A stretch of 62,563 nucleotides of DNA, filler included, from Pseudomonadota bacterium (GTDB lineage: Bacteria > Desulfobacterota > Desulfobacteria > Desulfobacterales > JBDRRP01), in assembly GCA_043825735.1 (NCBI GenBank). It is 5 parts of 5 records of this genome, joined end to end, with 100 filler letters (N's around TTAATTAATTAA, not from the genome) between each part and the next. Parts side by side here need not be neighbours in the genome. Positions count along the whole stretch, not along the records: positions 35,784 to 47,725 come from JBDRRP010000079.1; positions 47,826 to 55,078 come from JBDRRP010000080.1; 3 more parts are not named here. The stretch is one strand, 5' to 3'. A model generated the notes under the pieces. It searched no databases. It was not told the DNA's origin and worked only from the letters and a program-made list of their open reading frames with translations. This document shows positions 39,790 to 48,790 of this stretch, piece after piece (positions within the stretch are counted from its first letter, which is position 1; every line of letters begins with the position of its first letter). Made by a program: the position numbers and the translations under genes.

Positions 39790-39847
39790 GCATACCAAAT
39801 TACTGGTTGGAAACAAAAAGCCGCTCCGCGCTGTCCAACCATTAGCC
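39790..39847 (+). mobile_element. Degenerate attC-like site
   Basis: GCATACC ... ATTAGCC (each near the R-box consensus), internal GGTTGGA/TCCAACC inverted repeat, 58 bp after a stop codon. Confidence 0.35.
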
Positions 39848-39860
39848 CCAAGAAGACACT

Positions 39861-42800
39861 ATGAATAATAATATTCACAATTTCCTTCAGAGATTATCAG
39901 CACAATTAGCAACCTTTCTGGAGAGGGAATTACCGCCGCTGTTTGACAACTGGTGGAACAAAGCGGTCGTGAACACTCTATCTTTTCAGCAAAAGAGAAG
40001 ATTGGAGCAGCGCAACATCAAGTCACTGGGTGGCCTTGACCTCGCTGGACTTCTTCGGGTTCTGGACCGGAACTGGTATCAAATTTCCAGCAGCCTATAT
40101 CTGACATCCGAAGCCCGTCATTTCGTAAAGGAAATGCAAACAGTCCGTAATCACTGGGCGCACGCGGACACAGAGGGTTTCCCTATTGACGACATATACC
40201 GGGATCTGGATACCCTCCAGCGTTTTGCGGTTGTTATCGGCGCGGATGACAATCTGATTCAAGATTTACGGAAGACAAAATCGGCTCTTCTCGCGTCGGA
40301 GACCTTGCCACAACCTGACGGAGGCGCAGAAACGCCCTCCGCACATCTGAAAAGGGAAAACGCTGAGGCCGAATTCGTACCCGGGCAAATCGTCTTTGCT
40401 AAATCAAACCCATCAAGCCGTGGCGCTGTGGTTGCCGTGCTGCCGGGCAAGCCTGAGAACCGATTCAAGGTCTTCTTAGAAGGGACGACCCAAACGTTTT
40501 ACGCGTCGCAATTGCAAGCCGAAGACCAGCGTGAGGAAAAGGAAGATGCCTTACCCTGTGACCAATTCCATGCCTATCTCACTGCGCTACAGATTAAGTA
40601 TCCGGGGCTATCCACGCTCTACTCACTCAACGCCGCCCGTGTTGACTTTATCCCGTATCAATTTAGACCGGTATTACGGTTTATTCGGTCTGATCGTCCA
40701 CGCTTGCTCATTGCCGACGGCGTTGGTGTAGGTAAGACCATCGAAGCCGGGCTTATCCTGCGGGAGCTCCAGGCTCGGCGTGAGATACGTTCCGTGCTCA
40801 TTGTCTGCCCACGCCCGCTGGTTACCGAGAAAAAGTGGCTGAACGAGATGAAACGCTTCGAAGAGCGTTTTACCCATCTTGATGGTGCCACCTTGCGGTA
40901 TTGCATCAACGAGATGGATCTAGATGGTGTCTGGCCGGAGCAACATCAGAAAAGCATCGTTCCGTACTCACAGTTCGATGAAACACTCCTGTATGGCTCG
41001 GCTCCCGAGGGGAAGCGGAAGCGGAATAAAGGCCTTCTGGATCTTGATCCGCCACCCCGCTTCGATCTGGTTATTGTCGATGAGGCTCATCACATCCGAA
41101 ACCAGGATACATTCAGCCACAAGGCCGTGAAGTTTTTCTGCGATCACGCGGAAGCGGTAATTTTCTTGACGGCCACCCCGATCCAACTCGGCAGCAATGA
41201 TCTATTTGTTCTTCTGAATACACTTCGCCCCGATCTCATCATCGACCAAGAGAGCTTCTCGCACATGGCTGAGCCGAACCCGTTTATCAATCAGGCGGTA
41301 TCGGCGATGCGGTCTCAAGCGCCGGAGTGGCAAAACCTGGCGGTAGAAGCTCTCGATCAGGCGGCGTCCACGCCCTGGGGCCAGGCCATACTCAGGCACA
41401 ATCCAGATTTTGGTCGGGTCCGCTCCGAGCTCTTGGGAAACGGTGTTACACACGAGGAACGCATAAGGATGATCTCCGATACGGAGGGAATGCTCACCTT
41501 CGCCGGTATCATCAACAGAACCCGCCGCCGCGACATTGGGAATTTCACGATTAGGAAGCCCGAGACGGTCGTCGTACCATTCACTCCGGCCCAGCAGCAT
41601 TTGCACGACGAACTTTTGAGAATTCAGGCTGAAATATTCAGCCAGATTCATAATGGGGTTAACGTGAAGTTCATGATGACCACCATCAGGCGACAGGCGG
41701 CCAGTTGCCTCTTTGGTCTTGCCCCCTTTCTTGAAGAGATCCTCAACCGCCATCTGGATGAACTGTCCTGGGAAGAAGCCGATGACACCGGCGTCCCTGA
41801 GGGCGAGGCCATCATTCACATGCAAAGCCAAATTCAAAATCTGCTCAAGGCGGCTCGTTCCTTGGAATCGAACGACCCCAAGCTCGAAGCTTTGCGAAAC
41901 ATCATTCGGGACAAGCAAAGCCTCCGAAACAATAAGATCATGCTGTTCAGCAGTTTCCGGCATACTTTGGGCTACATCTTCGACCATCTCAGCAAGGACG
42001 GTTTTCGCGTCGGATTGGTACATGGGGGGACGCCGGATGAGGATCGTGTGACCCTTCGCACCCGCTTTGAAAAGCCGAAGGAGGACGAGGGCTGTCTTGA
42101 CCTGTTGCTATTTTCCGAAATTGGCTGCGAAGGTCTCGATTACCAGTTCTGCGACTGCATCGTGAACTACGATCTTCCTTGGAACCCCATGCGTGTTGAA
42201 CAGCGCATTGGCCGTATCGACAGAAACGGGCAAAAGAGCGAGAGCGTCGCCATCGTCAACTTGATCACGCCTGGAACCGTGGATGCGGATATCTACGAGC
42301 GGTGCCTGGTGCGCATCGGTGTCTTCAATAACGCACTGGGAGGGAGCGAGGAAATACTTGGAGAAATCACTCGCGAGATAAAAAACATCGCGGAAAACTA
42401 CGAACTGAGTGAGGATGAGCGCAAGGGGAAGCTCCAGCAACTATCCGACAATAAAATCCGGCTAATTCAGGAACAGGAAGACCTGGAACGGAAGCAGGCT
42501 GAGCTGTTTGGTATTCGCCTCCCCCAAGAGCAGATGAACCGCGAAATTGCCGATGCATCGAGTTTCTGGCTATCACCGGCTTCACTCCGCAGGGTGGTGA
42601 CCCTTTACCTGCAGCGCGTGTGCGGCAAGGACCAGGAGTTTATTCTGGGCGAAAAGCCGCTCAAGACCCTTCGGCTGGCCCAGGAATCCCGTGGCCACCT
42701 TTTAAGGGATTTTCAGCAACTTCCCAGGCAGAACACTTCCGCTTACCGCGAATGGGAAAATTGGCTCAAGGGCGGGAGCCAGCATTTGGCCATCACGTTC

Positions 42801-43436
42801 GAATCCGATTGCGCCATGCAACATCCCGAGGCCGCCTTCATCATGCCCCTCCATCCATTGGTCAAACAGTCGGCCCTGTCATTTGATACCAAACAACGGA
42901 TTATAACTAACCTAACGGTAGTGTCGAACGAGATAGCCGCAGGGCGCTACGAATTCGCCATTTACCAGTGGCGCTTCCACGGCATCAGGGAGGACTTGGT
43001 GCTCAAACCTATCGCTTCGAATGCCGTGGTGACCGAGCATCTTGGTCGTCTTTTGGAGAGTGCGGCGGATTGTCCAAACGCAATACTGGATGGGCTTGGC
43101 GCTTCAGTTTGGGACGCCTTGGATGCTCAGCACTACAGCTTGTGGAGCGATGCGAGAAGCAGGCACCGGCAAAAGACCCAGGAGCTGGCCAGGTACCGGC
43201 GGGAGAGCCTATCCACCAGTCACCGGGCACGGATCGCCCTTCTGGATGAACAGCTCAGCCAAGCGACGAACGAGAAGATTCAAAAAATGCGTCGGTCTCA
43301 AATCGCCGCCGCAGAAGCGGACTACGCAAGGCGAATCCAAGAGTTGGACATCGCTCTGGAGAGAGCGGATATCGTCGCAGGTCCGGTTGCCTATGGTGTG
43401 CTGTTAGTTGAAGTTGGAGGCAAAAATGTTAAATAG
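39861..43436 (+). CDS. SNF2/RapA-family helicase with an N-terminal Swt1-like HEPN domain
   Basis: DLAGLLRV..NW and RNHWAH (RX4H); PYQ, LIADGVGVGKTIEAG, DEAHH, LTATP, EGLDYQ, NYDLPWNPMRVEQRIGRIDR. Confidence 0.85.
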   Translation: MNNNIHNFLQRLSAQLATFLERELPPLFDNWWNKAVVNTLSFQQKRRLEQRNIKSLGGLDLAGLLRVLDRNWYQISSSLYLTSEARHFVKEMQTVRNHWAHADTEGFPIDDIYRDLDTLQRFAVVIGADDNLIQDLRKTKSALLASETLPQPDGGAETPSAHLKRENAEAEFVPGQIVFAKSNPSSRGAVVAVLPGKPENRFKVFLEGTTQTFYASQLQAEDQREEKEDALPCDQFHAYLTALQIKYPGLSTLYSLNAARVDFIPYQFRPVLRFIRSDRPRLLIADGVGVGKTIEAGLILRELQARREIRSVLIVCPRPLVTEKKWLNEMKRFEERFTHLDGATLRYCINEMDLDGVWPEQHQKSIVPYSQFDETLLYGSAPEGKRKRNKGLLDLDPPPRFDLVIVDEAHHIRNQDTFSHKAVKFFCDHAEAVIFLTATPIQLGSNDLFVLLNTLRPDLIIDQESFSHMAEPNPFINQAVSAMRSQAPEWQNLAVEALDQAASTPWGQAILRHNPDFGRVRSELLGNGVTHEERIRMISDTEGMLTFAGIINRTRRRDIGNFTIRKPETVVVPFTPAQQHLHDELLRIQAEIFSQIHNGVNVKFMMTTIRRQAASCLFGLAPFLEEILNRHLDELSWEEADDTGVPEGEAIIHMQSQIQNLLKAARSLESNDPKLEALRNIIRDKQSLRNNKIMLFSSFRHTLGYIFDHLSKDGFRVGLVHGGTPDEDRVTLRTRFEKPKEDEGCLDLLLFSEIGCEGLDYQFCDCIVNYDLPWNPMRVEQRIGRIDRNGQKSESVAIVNLITPGTVDADIYERCLVRIGVFNNALGGSEEILGEITREIKNIAENYELSEDERKGKLQQLSDNKIRLIQEQEDLERKQAELFGIRLPQEQMNREIADASSFWLSPASLRRVVTLYLQRVCGKDQEFILGEKPLKTLRLAQESRGHLLRDFQQLPRQNTSAYREWENWLKGGSQHLAITFESDCAMQHPEAAFIMPLHPLVKQSALSFDTKQRIITNLTVVSNEIAAGRYEFAIYQWRFHGIREDLVLKPIASNAVVTEHLGRLLESAADCPNAILDGLGASVWDALDAQHYSLWSDARSRHRQKTQELARYRRESLSTSHRARIALLDEQLSQATNEKIQKMRRSQIAAAEADYARRIQELDIALERADIVAGPVAYGVLLVEVGGKNVK

Positions 43437-46400
43437 CGCATTTGAGCATGTTACTCGCATCAGATGTGAAAAATACGGCTTAGATAAGCATGGGAATTTG
43501 AATGGTGTAAATCCTCTTGCCTCCGATCTTAGGGATTCAATTGATCATCTCGCGCAAGGGCTATATACCAGGAATGCACACTTCATATTTGAGTTGATTC
43601 AAAATGCCGAGGATAACGCATATGGTAATAATATAGAGCCCTCATTAACGTTCAGATTGCTTCGAGACGATCCAACTAAAACCCCTGGTGCGGATGGTGT
43701 AATAATAGTTGAGAACAATGAAGTAGGTTTCTCTCCGGAAAACATCGATGCAATTTGTGCAGTCGGGAAATCTACAAAAAAGAAGCAAGAAGGTTTTATA
43801 GGTGAAAAAGGAATAGGTTTTAAATCGATATTCCGAGTAACATCTATTCCATTTCTATTTTCAAACGGCTATCGGATTTCATTGCCTAAAAATCATAAGA
43901 AAACGGGACTCGGATTTATCGTTCCTGAGTGGGCCGAAAACATTCCACAGATAATCGACACTTCAATAACCTCAATTGTATTACCTTTGGATCAGCCAGA
44001 ATTCGGATACGATGTCGTTAAGAAAATGCTCTGGGAAATAGAGCCGGAAACAATTCTATTTTTATCGAAACTAAAGGAAATCAAAATAGTCACAGATCAC
44101 AGTGAAGGATTCACGGTGATTAAAGATGATAGCTCCGAACCGAACATACAACTACTAACAAATAAGAATGGGTATGATGAAATATTTGAGTTCCTTTTAT
44201 TCAAAAGAATCTTTGATAAACCGAAAGATATAAATCATGAAAAAAGAACTGATGTAAAAGAACGTGAAGTTTCTATTGCATTTCCTGTAGGCGTAAAGCC
44301 AAACAGTGCAGGAAAATTATTTGCTTACTTGCCTGTGCGCTACGATACTGGATTTCCGTTCATTATTAATGCCGATTTCATTCTTCCTAGCTCCCGAGAA
44401 GATATTCAGGATACGCCATGGAACCGTGAATGGCTGATGCCATGTGTAGGGGCGCTTGTTTCTATCTCCCTACCCATACTCAAAGACAATAAACAACTAT
44501 CTATTTCCTTTCTCCATTCGCTTACCAAATCTGTTTTGTTGTTAAATGAAAATAATATGTATTATCCAATCGCCAAAGCTGTAAAAGAAGCTTTTACCAC
44601 TTTGGAACTTATACCGGCCGATGATGGTTCGTTCGTTTCCGCCGGGAATGCCAATCTGGCCAGTGCAGACTGGTTGAGAAAATTGCTTCGAGAGGAACAA
44701 CTAAAGCTACTTTACAAAAAAGAACTGAAATGGGTTCATGGCGATATAACTGATAAAGGACGACATGAGCTTTGGAAGTATTTTCGCGAAGGGCTAAAAG
44801 TCGATGAGCTGACGCCGGATGGATTTGCCCGAAGAATAGATTTAGCATTTCTATCTAACCAAAGTGATCAGTGGATAATCGACTTTTATACACAACTACC
44901 AAATCAAAAAGCACTTTGGAAAAAGGGATCGGGCAGCTATTGGGATGCCGACGGTCCACTTAGAAAAAGGCCATTCGTACGATTACAAGATGGCTCACAC
45001 GTAAGGCCATTTGATGATAACGAAAAACCGAATGCCTATTTAACTACGAAAACGCTTATTGACGCCCGACTGCCAACTGTAAAAACTGAGATTGCAAGTC
45101 ATGATGAAGCACGCCGATTTCTGCTATCTGATTTGAAAGTTCCAGAATTCGATATCGTTGCCGAGGTTACCGAGCATGTGATCCCCAAATACACATCACC
45201 GAACCTTCCCAAAACTGATGAGCATGAGCGCGATATTGAAAAAATTATGGAAGCTTTTCAGACCGACTCTCAAGAAAACCGAAAAAGACTGAAGAATGCT
45301 TTACAAGAGACGCCTTTCATTTTGTCACGATCATTAGTCTCCGGTGACGAGGCATATCGAAGACCGGATTCCTTGTATTTTCAGGACGAACCCTTGGAAA
45401 TTTATTTTTCAGAAAACCCTGAGGTTGGCTTTGTCAGCTCGAGCTACCAGGAATCAGCGTTGGAGATTTTTGCCAATCTGGGAGTTTCTTCAGAAATACG
45501 CGTAAAATGCAAACCTTGGACTGGTTCACAAGATTACATCAAGCTTGAATATCAATCAGGATACAGGCGTGGGCTAAGAGGATTCGATCCTGATATTAGC
45601 GTAGAAGGACTATCACAGGCTCTTCTGAAGCCATCAATGGAGAAGAGCCAAATTATCTGGAATAAAATTTGTCTGCCCTATAGTCGTTGTATCAAAGGCA
45701 AGATTTTAAGATCAAGTAGGCAGGACTTCTCGCCCAACGCAAGCACTTATAAAGAAGAGGAGTTTGTATCTGAAGAATTCGGGAAATTATTGATTAACTC
45801 ATCATGGCTGCCAACTGAGAGAAATGGATTTAAAAAGCCAACAGAAATTAGTCTCGAGGAACTTCCCGATCAATTCGAACGAGATGAAAAGCTGGCCGGT
45901 TTTATCGGAATGAGAAAAACAGAAAAAGTTAAAGCCGCTGATATCTTATCCGAAGGCAATCCTCGAAAAAAAGAGTTGCTTGAGCGGATAGCCAATGCAT
46001 CGGATGATGAGCTTGAAAGGTTTGAAAAACTCGTGCCAAGATCAATTCCACCGACCCCTGCACCGTCATTTAGAGAGGGACTTGCCAATATGAGCAGGCG
46101 TCAACATGGGAACCTTTCCTCCAAGATAAAAAATAGTGAAGGGGGGCAAGACCACCCTGTCAGAAACCCTGAGCGTTATCAGAACAATCTTGATGATGCT
46201 GTCACTGATGGGGTTGAGGAACACACGACAATTCCTCATACTGTACAATTCTCTCCGGTACGCGATAAACCAGATAACAAAGAGGCTCGAGAATTTCTCT
46301 ACGTTGAATACCATGGTCAGTGTCAGATTAAGGGCACGACCTTCCCGAAAGCAGCTGCCAATTCCGAAGGCATTCCGAAAAACTATTTTGAAGCTTGCAG

Positions 46401-46659
46401 TCTTTTACCATACAGCAATGCCTGTTATCTCAATGACGCAGGTAATATGCTCTGCGTAAGTGCCGACACTATGGCAAAGCTAAAATACGCCAGTTTTGAA
46501 TGGCTGGATGACATTATGGATAAAGTCGCTGAATTTGAGGATGGAGGCGGAAAAGCACAACGTATTGGAATAAAAATCAAACTAGCAGGTGAGGAGTGCA
46601 TTATTACATGGAGCCAGCGGCATTTTATGCGATTAATTTCCCTGTATAAGCAAGCCTGA
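43426..46659 (+). CDS. Sacsin/NOV-like GHKL ATPase with a degenerate C-terminal HNH-like domain
   Basis: HFIFELIQNAED, NNE.GF, IGEKGIGFKSIF, FAYLP, INADF..SSRE; start overlaps the helicase stop with a GGAGG RBS. Confidence 0.8.
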   Translation: MLNSAFEHVTRIRCEKYGLDKHGNLNGVNPLASDLRDSIDHLAQGLYTRNAHFIFELIQNAEDNAYGNNIEPSLTFRLLRDDPTKTPGADGVIIVENNEVGFSPENIDAICAVGKSTKKKQEGFIGEKGIGFKSIFRVTSIPFLFSNGYRISLPKNHKKTGLGFIVPEWAENIPQIIDTSITSIVLPLDQPEFGYDVVKKMLWEIEPETILFLSKLKEIKIVTDHSEGFTVIKDDSSEPNIQLLTNKNGYDEIFEFLLFKRIFDKPKDINHEKRTDVKEREVSIAFPVGVKPNSAGKLFAYLPVRYDTGFPFIINADFILPSSREDIQDTPWNREWLMPCVGALVSISLPILKDNKQLSISFLHSLTKSVLLLNENNMYYPIAKAVKEAFTTLELIPADDGSFVSAGNANLASADWLRKLLREEQLKLLYKKELKWVHGDITDKGRHELWKYFREGLKVDELTPDGFARRIDLAFLSNQSDQWIIDFYTQLPNQKALWKKGSGSYWDADGPLRKRPFVRLQDGSHVRPFDDNEKPNAYLTTKTLIDARLPTVKTEIASHDEARRFLLSDLKVPEFDIVAEVTEHVIPKYTSPNLPKTDEHERDIEKIMEAFQTDSQENRKRLKNALQETPFILSRSLVSGDEAYRRPDSLYFQDEPLEIYFSENPEVGFVSSSYQESALEIFANLGVSSEIRVKCKPWTGSQDYIKLEYQSGYRRGLRGFDPDISVEGLSQALLKPSMEKSQIIWNKICLPYSRCIKGKILRSSRQDFSPNASTYKEEEFVSEEFGKLLINSSWLPTERNGFKKPTEISLEELPDQFERDEKLAGFIGMRKTEKVKAADILSEGNPRKKELLERIANASDDELERFEKLVPRSIPPTPAPSFREGLANMSRRQHGNLSSKIKNSEGGQDHPVRNPERYQNNLDDAVTDGVEEHTTIPHTVQFSPVRDKPDNKEAREFLYVEYHGQCQIKGTTFPKAAANSEGIPKNYFEACSLLPYSNACYLNDAGNMLCVSADTMAKLKYASFEWLDDIMDKVAEFEDGGGKAQRIGIKIKLAGEECIITWSQRHFMRLISLYKQA

Positions 46660-46861
46660 CGGCAGCATCTCAATGTTCTCCCGTATATATCTGCCGAAGG
46701 AATATGATTTACTGACCCAATAAGAATTTTTTCAAAATTCTACCCTTGAATAGAGAAAATAACTCACCAAAACCCCGATTTTTTTCATTACTTTCCTGCC
46801 ATTATTCACCCGCACTAAATTAGCAAAACAGCTTTCTGCTGAGCTGAAATCTGGAAAATTC

Positions 46862-46890
46862 ATTTCGGTTACTGCCGATACCAACGAAAT
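46862..46890 (-). repeat. Dyad resembling a tyrosine-recombinase core site; distant inverted relative of the 39-bp motif
   Basis: ATTTCGGTTAC-TGCCGA-TACCAACGAAAT; the reverse complement shares TCAGGAAT..TA..GGCA spacing with the 49718 motif. Confidence 0.45.
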
Positions 46891-47013
46891 TCCTGATATT
46901 TATGGCCTGTAAATCCATAAATACCTGTATATACATCGAATAAACTAACCTCTCTTACTGGTAGAGACCGATTTTTTTTGTGTCTCGAAATCCAAATATC
47001 AGGAGGTTCACAC

Positions 47014-47292
47014 ATGAACATGAGTGAGAAAACATTTTCAATTGGCGATGCAGCCCGGTTTGCCGGGGTGACCGCCAGACAGCTCAGAAACTGGCAGGAC
47101 TGCGGTTATCTGGGCGAGGTCGAAAGAGTGGTATGCGGTGACCGCGCCTACCGCAGGTATTCCCTGAAGCAGGTTAATCTCATCGAAAAGATCGCCGAGT
47201 ACCTCAACAAAGGATTCACCCTCAAAACGGCAGCTCAGAAGGCCGGAGAGGACTATCCAACGGTTGTGAAGGGAGGTGGCCAGAATGCGTAG
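47014..47292 (+). CDS. MerR-type HTH protein (possible excisionase/regulator)
   Basis: FSIGDAARFAGVTARQLRNW..G..YRRYS; AGGAGG RBS. Confidence 0.82.
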   Translation: MNMSEKTFSIGDAARFAGVTARQLRNWQDCGYLGEVERVVCGDRAYRRYSLKQVNLIEKIAEYLNKGFTLKTAAQKAGEDYPTVVKGGGQNA

Positions 47293-47485
47293 AAGGATAC
47301 CGCCTAAAACACCCCAGGTGAAAACCTGTCCGTTGCTTGGAGAGAATTGTCTCAAGTCCGGCTGCGAAATTTTCAATGAGCTCTTGGACCGGTGCGATTT
47401 ATCAGTGCTCTCGTACAACCTGTATCGATTGTCGGAGGCAATGAAGCATAATCTTGAAGCCGAGGTTAAACCAGAGCTTCGATAA
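47285..47485 (+). CDS. Small Cys-rich hypothetical protein
   Basis: CPLL..CLK.GC..C; conserved, with synonymous changes, in the second copy. Confidence 0.7.
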   Translation: MRRRIPPKTPQVKTCPLLGENCLKSGCEIFNELLDRCDLSVLSYNLYRLSEAMKHNLEAEVKPELR

Positions 47486-47533
47486 GAATTATAGCCCGTC
47501 CTTTTTGGGGCGAGCGAGTTTTAAGAAATATCA

Positions 47534-47725
47534 GTGAATAAAAGGAGAATAATAGTGGACCAGAGAATGATTGAGATGAGACAAAAATTTTTTAACATGT
47601 ACAAACACAATTACCAGCTATCGAATGGAGAGTACGACCTTGCTGGAATCATTGGGATATATGCGATTTGGGGATGCGAGTTGACTCCAGACGAAAAAGC
47701 CTATTGGAATTATCTCCAATCGGAA
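47534..47725 (+). CDS. Hypothetical protein, truncated by the contig end
   Basis: Open to the contig end; duplicated at 54887. Confidence 0.5.
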
Positions 47726-47825
47726 NNNNNNNNNNNNNNNNNNNNNNNNNNNNNNNNNNNNNNNNNNNNTTAATTAATTAANNNNNNNNNNNNNNNNNNN
47801 NNNNNNNNNNNNNNNNNNNNNNNNN
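47726..47825. other. Artificial contig linker
   Basis: N run with TTAATTAATTAA. Confidence 0.98.
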
Positions 47826-47826
47826 C

Positions 47827-48009
47827 GATGTGTACAAGGCGATAAAGGCCATCAATCCGAGCGCACGGGTGTTGCTTTCCAGCGGCTACAGCCTGGACTC
47901 TCAGGCCCAGGACATCATGGCACAAGGCTGCGGTGGATTCATCCAAAAGCCCTTTGATCTGAGCAGTCTTGCCCACAAGATGCGTGAGGTGATGGGGGGG
48001 AAAGTGTGA
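47827..48009 (+). CDS. C-terminal receiver domain fragment of a hybrid kinase/response regulator
   Basis: INPSARVLLSSGYS..GCGGFIQKPF. Confidence 0.8.
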   Translation, partial: DVYKAIKAINPSARVLLSSGYSLDSQAQDIMAQGCGGFIQKPFDLSSLAHKMREVMGGKV

Positions 48010-48057
48010 ATCAGCAATTCCGGCTAACAGTGAACCATGGCGCCGATACGTCTTGAA

Positions 48058-48150
48058 CAGATACGAAAAGGCAAAGCCATCGAAAGGTGGTGACGCAAAG
48101 CCACGGATCTAACACCGAGAAAGTCGGTCATGATCGCCGGGTTGCCAGGT
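48058..48150 (+). promoter_or_regulatory. Cyclic di-GMP-I (GEMM) riboswitch
   Basis: GGCAAAGCCATC-GAAA-GGTGGTGACGCAAAGCCACGGATCTAA...GATCGCCGGGTTGCC: P2 with GAAA tetraloop, GCAAA junction, P3 with tetraloop receptor. Confidence 0.88.
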
Positions 48151-48154
48151 AGCA

Positions 48155-48197
48155 GACCTCCTGCCCGTCGCGTTATGACTGGTCCAGGGGGTTTTTT
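48155..48197 (+). terminator. Putative riboswitch expression-platform terminator
   Basis: GACCTCCTG pairs with CAGGGGGTT, followed by a T run just before the ATG. Confidence 0.55.
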
Positions 48198-48201
48198 CGT
48201 T

Positions 48202-48615
48202 ATGAGATCAATACTTGGATGGGTTGCTTGTGCGATCGTGGTGTCCGCTATCGGTATCATGGCTGTTTGCTATCATCGAGAAGTATCCGATGAAGAAACA
48301 ACATTCAGGCAGGGTCGCCTTTACCGGAAACTGGACGTTAAGCCATATACCGGCATTGTCACGGGCATTGAGAATGTGCCTGGGGAGCCTGTGCTGAAAT
48401 ATCGCAAGATGTACGTTGATGGCTTCCAGCATGGGGATTCCAACTATTTTTTCGCGAACGGGAATTTGGCCAGAACTGAACCATACATGAACGGGCAGAT
48501 AAATGGCATCATGACATACTACTACGATAGCGGCCAAACCTGCGCCCAGATTCATCTCGTCAATGGTGAGAGAGGCGGCAGATACGGTGAGGTCTTTTTC
48601 GAGAGATTAAAATAG
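48202..48615 (+). CDS. Membrane-anchored MORN-variant repeat protein (YwqK-like)
   Basis: N-terminal hydrophobic segment; PYTG, Y.DG..HG..YF.NG, Y.NG..NG..YYDSGQ repeats. Confidence 0.75.
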   Translation: MRSILGWVACAIVVSAIGIMAVCYHREVSDEETTFRQGRLYRKLDVKPYTGIVTGIENVPGEPVLKYRKMYVDGFQHGDSNYFFANGNLARTEPYMNGQINGIMTYYYDSGQTCAQIHLVNGERGGRYGEVFFERLK

Positions 48616-48628
48616 ACTGATCTTCTAC

Positions 48629-48724
48629 ACAGCCTTTTTAGATAGTCATTCCTCTAAAAAAATTCCAGAACGACATGATTGGACCGGGCACATATAGCGC
48701 CTATGGAAAGGCAGTATTCCTGTC
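48629..48724 (+). repeat. Diverged direct repeat, copy 1 (copy 2 at 53990-54082)
   Basis: First 35 nt match at 29 positions (core AGTCATTCCTC); CGCCTAT recurs at offset 69/68. Confidence 0.6.
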
Positions 48725-48790
48725 AGCGTAAAACCGAGCAATACCATTTCAAAGCCGGGGCCGGGACCATCCCTTCCCCGGCTTCATGTT

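Larger units (their letters stand above)
46937..47725 (+). repeat. ~790-bp module, copy 1 (near-identical to 54289-55078)
   Basis: Same leader and three ORFs; both copies end at the same base at a contig end. Confidence 0.95.
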
